Part shown: piece after piece, positions 58,200 through 64,000 of the stretch | How the letters are laid out: each line of letters opens with the position of its first letter | Position numbering within the stretch: position 1 is the first letter of the stretch | Assembly: GCA_963707385.1 (NCBI GenBank) | Contig: CAVPPK010000002.1 | Coordinates: forward strand, 354,673-418,672 | Length of the DNA stretch: 64,000 nucleotides | Reading direction: 5' to 3' | Origin: an uncultured bacterium | GTDB taxonomy: Bacteria; Actinomycetota; Actinomycetes; S36-B12 | Translations under genes and position numbers: made by a program | Notes under the pieces: model-generated | What the model was told of the DNA's origin: nothing | What the model saw: the letters and a program-made list of their open reading frames with translations, nothing else | Databases searched by the model: none

Positions 58200-59202
58200 A
58201 TGAAGACCCTCATCCTCGGTGGCAGCACGTTCGTCGGTCGGCGCATGGTCGACCTCCTCGCCCGGGAGGGCCACGACGTCAGCGTGCTCAACCGCGGGAA
58301 GACGGCGTCCAGCCTGCCGCCGGGCGTGAGCCGCATCGTGGGCGACCGCACCAGCACGGAGTCGATGCGGGCCGCCCTCGCCGGCACGGAGTGGGACGCG
58401 GTCATCGACGTCTCCGGGTTCGTGATGGCGGCCGGCGGCGGCGAGTTCGAGGAGCTGCTCGGGCTGCTCGACGGCCGGGTCGGCGCCTACGTCTTCGTCT
58501 CGTCGATCATGGCCTTCGAGCCCAGCGGCATCATGCCCTGGCGGGAGGACGCGCCGACGACGTCGGACCCGGTCACCACCTACGGCGGCTTCAAGGCCCA
58601 TGCCGAGCGGGCGATCCTCGACCTGCACGCTGCCACCGGATTCCCCGGCTCGGTGGCTCGCCCGGCGGCCATCTACGGGCCCGAGAACAACATCCACGAC
58701 ATGGAGACGGCGATGTTCCTGCGGCTGCGCCGCGGGCTGCCGATCCTGCTCCCGCACGAGGGCCTCGTGACCACCAGCTACGGCCACGTCGACGACCTGT
58801 GCCGCAACCTCCTCGAGATGGCGTCGCTGTCCGGCGGCCGCGGGCGAGGTCGTCAACGTCACGGGCGAGGGTGCGTCGTCCCGGGCCTTCACCGAGCTGC
58901 TCGCCGACATCGCCGGTGTCGAGCCCGACATCCGCGTGCTGCCGACCGGCTTCACGGACGCCAAGCCGGTCTACGGCCATCTGTTCGGAGTGAAGCACCA
59001 CGGCATCCTGTCCGTCGCCAAGGCCGCGGACCTGGGCCTGACGGTCGAGCGCGGCATCCGTCGCGGCTACGAGGAGACCTACGCGTGGTTCTGCGAGAGC
59101 CCGCTCGTCGACGCCCCTGACGCGATGTCGGATCCGATGTGGGGAGCCGGCTACGACTTCGCCCTCGAGGCCGAGGTGGCCGCCGCCCTGCGGGCCGGGT
59201 GA
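58200..59202 (+). CDS. NAD-dependent epimerase/dehydratase family protein; one frame interruption near 58845
   Basis: MKTLILGGSTFVGRRMVDLL (GxxGxxG), VFVSSIMAF, YGGFKAHAE (YxxxK), C-terminus YEETYAWFCESP... Confidence 0.8.
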
Positions 59203-60395
59203 TGGAGGCCCGCGTCCCCGAGACGGTGATCCGCGAGGCGATCGCTGCCGGGCTGGCCGACCCGTCGCTCGGCTCGGCTGAGCAGTGGGCGGCGGTCGAG
59301 GCGTACCTGCGACGGGCGCGGCCCGGATCCCTGGCCCGCTCGGCGGTCCCGCCTCGGCGCGGGGAGCGTGCCCGTGGCCGAGCTGCTCGGCTGGCTCTCC
59401 GACGACGTCGCCACCGCGGCGCCGCTGATGGGAGCGTTCACCAGCCATGACACGAGCATCGACCACGCCGTGGTCCTCGTCCCGGCCGCCGAGCAGGAGG
59501 TGCTCGCTCGGTGGCTCAGCGAGCGGGCGGGGGAGCCGGTCGAGGTCGTCAGCGCCAGCGTGATCGGTGGCGGGTTCTCACGACGGATGTGGCGGGCCAC
59601 TCTCCGCGAGGCCGGGGTCGAGCGCCGGGTGATCGTCCGCATCGAGCAGGGCGGCATGTTCGGGACGGACACGATCACGGAGGTGCGCACGATGCGCGCC
59701 CTGCACGCGGCCGGCTTCTCCGTGCCGGCGGTCGAGTCGGTGGAGGAGTCCGGGTCGGTGCTGGGCGAGCCCTTCTTCGTCATGGAGGAGGTGCCCGGCG
59801 TCGTGCGCCTGGACGACCAGGGACTCGACGACATCATCCGGTCCGTCGCCGACCTGCATCGGGTGCCGGTCACGGTGCTGGACGCCAGCGGGCGCACGTC
59901 GGAGCAGGTGGTGTCGGACAACATCGAGGGCTGGCGACGGATGTACCGCGCTCACTCGCCCGAGCAGCCACTGATCGAGCAGGGCGCGGACTGGCTGCAG
60001 GAGCACCTCGTGCCGACCGGCGCCGTCGGTGATCGTGCACGGCGACGCCGGACCGGGCAACGCGCTGTTCGATCCGGAGCGCGGCCTGACGACGATCGAC
60101 TGGGAGTTCGCGCACGTCGGCGATGCCGCCGAGGACTGGGCCTACCTCGCGCTCATCCGGGGACGGCGGATCATGGACGGCGACGCCTGGAAGGCCCGGC
60201 TGACGGCCGTCGCGGGCATCGACTACGCGCCGGAGCAGTGGCGCACGTGGCTGGCGTTCATGCACCTGCGCGGTGCGTGCGTGAACCTCAGCGCGCGCTC
60301 GGTCTTCGAGCGCGGACCCGCGCCGCACGGCGGACCAGCTCGCGATCGGTGTGGCCGTGCACCTGCGGTCCCTGTCGCAGCTGTCGGAGATCACC
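59202..60395 (+). CDS. APH/ChoK-fold kinase 3; about 3 frame interruptions
   Basis: The ATG overlaps the epimerase stop. GGGFSRRMWRATL, FFVMEEVPG, Brenner motif VIVHGDAGPGNALF, TIDWEFAHVGDAAEDWAY. The stop overlaps the TetR ATG (ATGA at 60392-60395). Confidence 0.7.
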
Positions 60396-60973
60396 TGCGC
60401 ATGACGGACGCACGGTACGAGCGCTCCCGTGCGGCGGTGCACGAGGCGGTCCGGTCCGTGCTCGTCGCCGACGGCATCGGCGGCCTGGCGCGTCGACCGG
60501 CTCGCAGCCGAGTCCGGAGTGTCACGCAGCACCATCTACCGCAACTGGCCGGACATGGCGGCCCTGGCCTGCGAGGTGTTCGAGGAGCTGATCGACCGCG
60601 ACGGCGATCGACCTCGGGCGGCGAGCCTCGCGCTGCCCTGCACCGACTACCTCGCGGACTACGCGAGGCGGTTGAACGACCCGACCTACACGGCGGTCCT
60701 CGTGGCGCTGATCGAGGGCTCGGCCCGCGACGAGGCGTTCGCGCGAGGTGCATCGGCCGCGCGTTCTCGCAGACCCGGTCGCGGGCCGGCGCGATCGTCC
60801 GCCGGGCGCAGGCGGACGGCGTGATCGACGAGGCGCTCGACGTGCAGCAGTGCGTCGAGGACCTGGTGGCGCCGTTCCTCTACCGCCGGCTCGTCACGCA
60901 GTCGCGCATCACGTCGCGCCAGGTCGACGACCTGCACGCCGCCCTCCTCCACCGCTGGTCCCCGACGAGTTGA
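60392..60973 (+). CDS. TetR-family transcriptional regulator; leaves frame near 60485 and returns near 60755
   Basis: HTH VDRLAAESGVSRSTIYRNWPDMAALA (frame of ORF 60429-60824). N- and C-termini lie in the frame of ORF 60029-60973. The stop TGA (60971-60973) lies inside the first GAGTTGACCC repeat. Confidence 0.7.
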   Translation, partial: HLRMTDARYERSRAAVHEAVRSVLVADGIGGLARRPARSRVRSVTQHHLPQLAGHGGPGLRGVRGADRPRRRSTSGGEPRAALHRLPRGLREAVERPDLHGGPRGADRGLGPRRGVRARCIGRAFSQTRSRAGAIVRRAQADGVIDEALDVQQCVEDLVAPFLYRRLVTQSRITSRQVDDLHAALLHRWSPTS

Positions 60974-61168
60974 CCCAGCATCTGGGCGAACTCTGCAGAA
61001 GTGGCCCAGCATCGCCCGGATTCTGTTGAGTTGACCCAGCCCCGTCGGGCGCAGGATCGTCGGCGGGGTCCGTGCGACCCGAGCGGGGTGGAATCCGCAG
61101 ATGGGCGGGGATGCTGGGCCACATCTGCAGATCTCGCCCAGCATCTGGGTCAACTCTGCGAAGCGGGG
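60967..61168. repeat. About 200-bp non-coding element with ~47-bp terminal inverted repeats (GAGTTGACCC family, largest copy); MITE/REP-like
   Basis: Left end gagttgacccagcatctgggcgaactctgcagaagtggcccagcatc. The reverse complement of the right end is gagttgacccagatgctgggcgagatctgcagatgtggcccagcatc. An internal third GAGTTGACCC lies at 61028. Confidence 0.7.
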
Positions 61169-61592
61169 CTAGGGCTCGAGGGAGCGCTGGCGGGCACCCT
61201 TGTCGTGGTAGTCGTACTCGGCCGCGACCTTGAGGCCGTCGAAGACCAGGAACGACAGGCCCGGCACGCTCCACTTCCTCCCCAGGTGGCCCGCGACCCA
61301 TGGAGTCGTCGATGACGGTGGCGCTCATCTCCCACTGCAGGGCCAGGCCGTCCGGGCGCGCCCAGAACTCGCCGGTCGGGGCCAGGACGAGGTCGGGGTA
61401 GCGCTCGAGCCCGTGGCCGAAGTACTCGCGGATCGCCGGCCAGCCCTCCTTGAGGCCGCCGACGCTGTCCCACAGCACCGGCTCGTCGGTCAGGTGCTGA
61501 CGCGGTGCGTCGACGTCGCCGCTCGACCAGGCGGCGAACAGCGCCGTGGCCACCTCGATGCGGGCCAGGTCGGTCTCGTCGAACGTGCTCAT
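61169..61592 (-). CDS. NTF2/SnoaL-like protein; one frame interruption near 61300
   Basis: MSTFDETDLARIEVATALFAAWSSGDVDAPRQHLTDEPVLWDSVGG...LALQWEMSATVIDDS, then ...GLSFLVFDGLKVAAEYDYHDKGARQRSLEP with the stop at 61169-61171. Confidence 0.65.
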
Positions 61593-61627
61593 GGGACTCC
61601 TCGGGTCGGTGGGTCGGGCGACGGGGA

Positions 61628-62384
61628 TCAGCCGGACAGGTAGGTGCCGCCGTTGGCCGTGACGACCTGGCCGTTGACGAAGCCCGCGGCCGGCGACGCG
61701 AGGTAGGCGACCAGGCTCGCGATCTCGTCCGGGGTGCCGGGCCGTCGGGCGGAGATGCCGGCCAGCAGCCGCTCGCGCCGCTCGGGCGTGATGCGACCGG
61801 CCGAGCAGCTCGGTGCCGTCGGTGAATCCCGGAGAGACGACGTTGCTGGTGATGCCGTCGGCGCCGAGCTCGCGCATCAGGGTGATCGCGTAGGTCTCGA
61901 GCGCGCCCTTGGCGGCGGCGTAGGCGGGGCTGCCGGTGCCGAGCTGCGCGGCGAACGAGCCGATCATGATGACGCGGCCACCGGGGCGCGCGAGCAGGTC
62001 CTTCAGGCCCTCGGTGACGAGGACGGCGCTGAGGGTGTTCGCCCGCCAGGTGCTCTCCCACGCCGACGCCACCGACGCCAGCCCGCCCTCGATGCGCGGC
62101 TGCGGCGAGCCGGCGTTGTTCACGATCACGTCGACCTGGGGGAGCGCCTCGTGCGCCCACCCGACGAACTCGCTCACGGCCGTCACGTCGGTGAGGTCGA
62201 CCGATCGGCAGTCGACGACAGCGCCGGGGTGGGAGAGCGCCAGCGAGGCGGCCACCGCCTCGAGGCGGTCGGGGCGACGGCCCACCAGGACCAGTCGCGT
62301 GCAGGAGTCGGCCAGGGCCGCGGCCACCGCGGCGCCGATGCCCGTGCCGCCCCCCGAGACCACGGCGATGCGGGTAGCGGTCAC
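61628..62384 (-). CDS. SDR family oxidoreductase; one frame interruption near 61800
   Basis: RIAVVSGGGTGIGAAVA, VNNAG, IGSFAA...YAAAKGAL, C-terminus IASLVAYLASPAAGFVNGQVVTANGGTYLSG. Confidence 0.8.
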
Positions 62385-62477
62385 GCGGGCCTCCGTGCGC
62401 TCGATTTACTAGGACGTCCGTATACATGACGACCAACGACACGTTACTCTGACACCACCCACTTCGGAGGAGTTCTC
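62385..62477. promoter_or_regulatory. Divergent control region (SDR operon / thiolase)
   Basis: TTTACTAGGACGTCCGTATACATGAC (62405-62430), nearly identical in its first 15 nt to the box at 24827. GGAGG RBS precedes GTG 62478. Confidence 0.5.
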
Positions 62478-63666
62478 GTGACCACATCTGTCGTCATCGA
62501 CGGTGCCCGCACGCCCATCGGCAAGCTGCTCGGCGCATTCGCCTCGCTGTCGGCCGTCGATCTCGGCGCCGTGGCGATCCGCGCGGCCCTCGAGCGCTCG
62601 GGCGTCTCGCCGGACCAGGTCGATGCCGTCGTCTTCGGCCAGGTGCTGCAGGCGGGTGCCGGTCCCGAACCCGGCGCGCCAGGCGGCCGCGGCGGCGGGA
62701 CTGCCGATGTCGGTGCCCGCGGTGACGATCAACAAGCTCTGCCTGTCCGGCCTGGTGTCCGTCGCGATGGCCGACCAGATGATCCGCAGCGGCCAGCATC
62801 AGGTGGTCGTCGCCGGCGGCATGGAGTCGATGACCTCGGCTCCGCACGTGCTGATGGGTGCGCGTCAGGGCTACAAGTACGGACACGTGCAGGCGGCCGA
62901 CATCCTCGACCAGGACGCGCTCGTCTGCGCGTTCGACGAGATGTCGATGGGTGAGGCGACCGAGAAGTACGGCGCGCCCATGGGACTGACCCGCGAGGAC
63001 CAGGACGCCTTCGCCGCGCGGTCGCACCGGCTCGCCGCCGAGGCCACCGCGTCGGGCCGGTTCGCCGAGGAGATCGTCCCGGTCGAGGTCAAGGGCCGCA
63101 AGGGCTCCGTCACGGTCACGGAGGACGAGGGCATCCGACCGCAGACCACCGCAGAGTCGCTCGGTGCGCTCCGCGCGGCGTTCGCCAAGGACGGCATGAT
63201 CACGGCGGGCAACGCGTCGCAGCTCTCCGACGGCGCCGCCGCGCTCGTCATCACCAGCAAGGAGTGGGCGCAGGAGCACGGACTGACCTGGATCGCGGAG
63301 ATCCGCGCGCATGGCGAGGTCGCCGGCCCCGACCCGTCGCTGCTGCTCCAGCCGGCCAACGCCATCAAGGACGCCCTGCGCCGCGACGGCGAGGCCACGG
63401 TCGCCGACCTCGACATCGTCGAGATCAACGAGGCCTTCGCCAGCGTCGGGCTCGCGTCGATGCGCGACCTCGGCGTCGACCCGGAGATCGTCAACGTCCA
63501 CGGCGGCGCCATCGCGCTCGGTCATCCGGTCGGGATGAGCGGCGCGCGCGTGCTGCTCACCGCGGCCTACGAGCTGAAGAACCGCGGTGGCGGGCTCGGT
63601 GCGGTCGCCCTGTGCGGCGGCGGCGGCCAGGGCGAGGCGATCCTGTTCAGCACGCCTGCTCCCTGA
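62478..63666 (+). CDS. Acetyl-CoA C-acetyltransferase (degradative thiolase II-type); one frame interruption near 62660
   Basis: VVIDGARTPIGKLLGAF, active-site Cys INKLCLSGL, NVHGGAIALGHPVGMSGAR, ALCGGGGQGEAILF. Confidence 0.85.
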
Positions 63667-63772
63667 GCGCCGACACGCGCGAGGCCCCCGGCGGGGATCA
63701 ACTCTGCGATGCGTAAACGGAGAGCACGCAGAGTTGACCCCGTCGGGGGCCTCGCGCGTGTCTGAGCGGCGC
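63664..63772. repeat. Long imperfect inverted repeat (about 40-bp arms) of the GAGTTGACCC family; bidirectional terminator
   Basis: gcgccgacacgcgcgaggcccccggcggggatcaactctgcg pairs with cgcagagttgaccccgtcgggggcctcgcgcgtgtctgagcggc. It lies between the thiolase (+) and hydratase (-) stops. Confidence 0.7.
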
Positions 63773-63773
63773 T

Positions 63774-64000
63774 CTACCAGGGGTAGAAGGGCGGCATGTC
63801 GGTCGATGCGTGGGCGCCGAACTCGGCCGGCCGCTTCTCCAGGAAGGCGGCGACGCCCTCCTTGCCGTCGCCGATGCTCGCGTAGAACATCGCCAGCGAC
63901 TCGATCTGGTGCGCGACGACGGGATCGGGCTGCGCGGCGTTGCGGTACATCATCTGGCGCATGAGGGCGGTCGCCACCTGCGACCGGCCCTCGACGAATC
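63774..64000 (-). CDS. Enoyl-CoA hydratase/isomerase (crotonase) family protein, C-terminal part only (gene continues beyond the window)
   Basis: ...VATALMRQMMYRNAAQPDPVVAHQIESLAMFYASIGDGKEGVAAFLEKRPAEF... has the typical crotonase C-terminal EGxxAFxEKR motif. The stop is at 63774-63776. Confidence 0.7.
   Translation of the reverse strand, partial: FVEGRSQVATALMRQMMYRNAAQPDPVVAHQIESLAMFYASIGDGKEGVAAFLEKRPAEFGAHASTDMPPFYPW

Noticed and set aside
60880-61315. Small ORFs (60880-61122 minus, 61001-61315 plus) inside the inverted-repeat element, considered as a possible tiny transposase or toxin
   Set aside because: They are generated by the repeat symmetry, lack RBSs and motifs, and overlap the convergent NTF2 gene. 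There is no evidence of coding.
1-64000. Genomic island boundaries, integrase, transposase, tRNA attachment site, phage or defence system, secondary-metabolite (PKS/NRPS) genes
   Set aside because: I recognised none of these on either strand. The window begins and ends inside catabolic genes, so the limits of the island cannot be seen here.

Overview
High-GC (about 70% by eye) actinobacterial-type chromosomal DNA. I found no rRNA, tRNA, CRISPR array, transposase, integrase or phage gene. The window is one dense catabolic island of about 65 protein-coding genes. It holds five alpha-only Rieske oxygenases, with a single FNR/2Fe-2S reductase and one distant ferredoxin. It also holds three paralogous 'swivelling-histidine' PEP-utilizer-domain proteins that lack an ATP-grasp domain, and a divergent pyruvate-phosphate-dikinase-like gene. 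Phosphoryl-transfer functions are further represented by three APH-type kinases, three histidine phosphatases and two Cys-based (CX5R) phosphatases. Seven NTF2/SnoaL-like proteins and many SDR, ADH, OYE and ALDH oxidoreductases are present. There is an E1alpha/E1beta/E2 2-oxoacid (acetoin-type) dehydrogenase set without E3, and a CoA module (DUF35, Ltp-type thiolase, two ACADs, thiolase, partial enoyl-CoA hydratase). Sugar-type functions include an ABC ATPase and permease, two distant solute-binding proteins, two ThuA-like proteins and two xylose-isomerase-like TIM barrels. Regulators are LuxR, GntR/HutC and TetR types. Two technical points matter. (1) Roughly two thirds of the genes need stitching across reading frames. 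The damage looks indel-only, so I suspect assembly error, and coordinates for those genes are approximate. (2) Many long ORFs in the six-frame track are antisense shadows or artificial fusions. The most interesting signals are listed here. First, Rieske oxygenases repeatedly sit beside ATP-grasp-less phospho-His carrier proteins, phosphatases and a dikinase-like gene, which may mark an undescribed phospho-activation catabolic system. Second, a shared AT-rich operator/promoter box (TTTACTwGGACGTCC and relatives) lies in front of nearly every transcription unit. Third, dre-like palindromes (AGTyrTCTAGACAACT) precede several operons. Fourth, two families of intergenic inverted-repeat elements occupy convergent gene junctions. 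All motif and identity statements were made by eye, without alignment or search tools.
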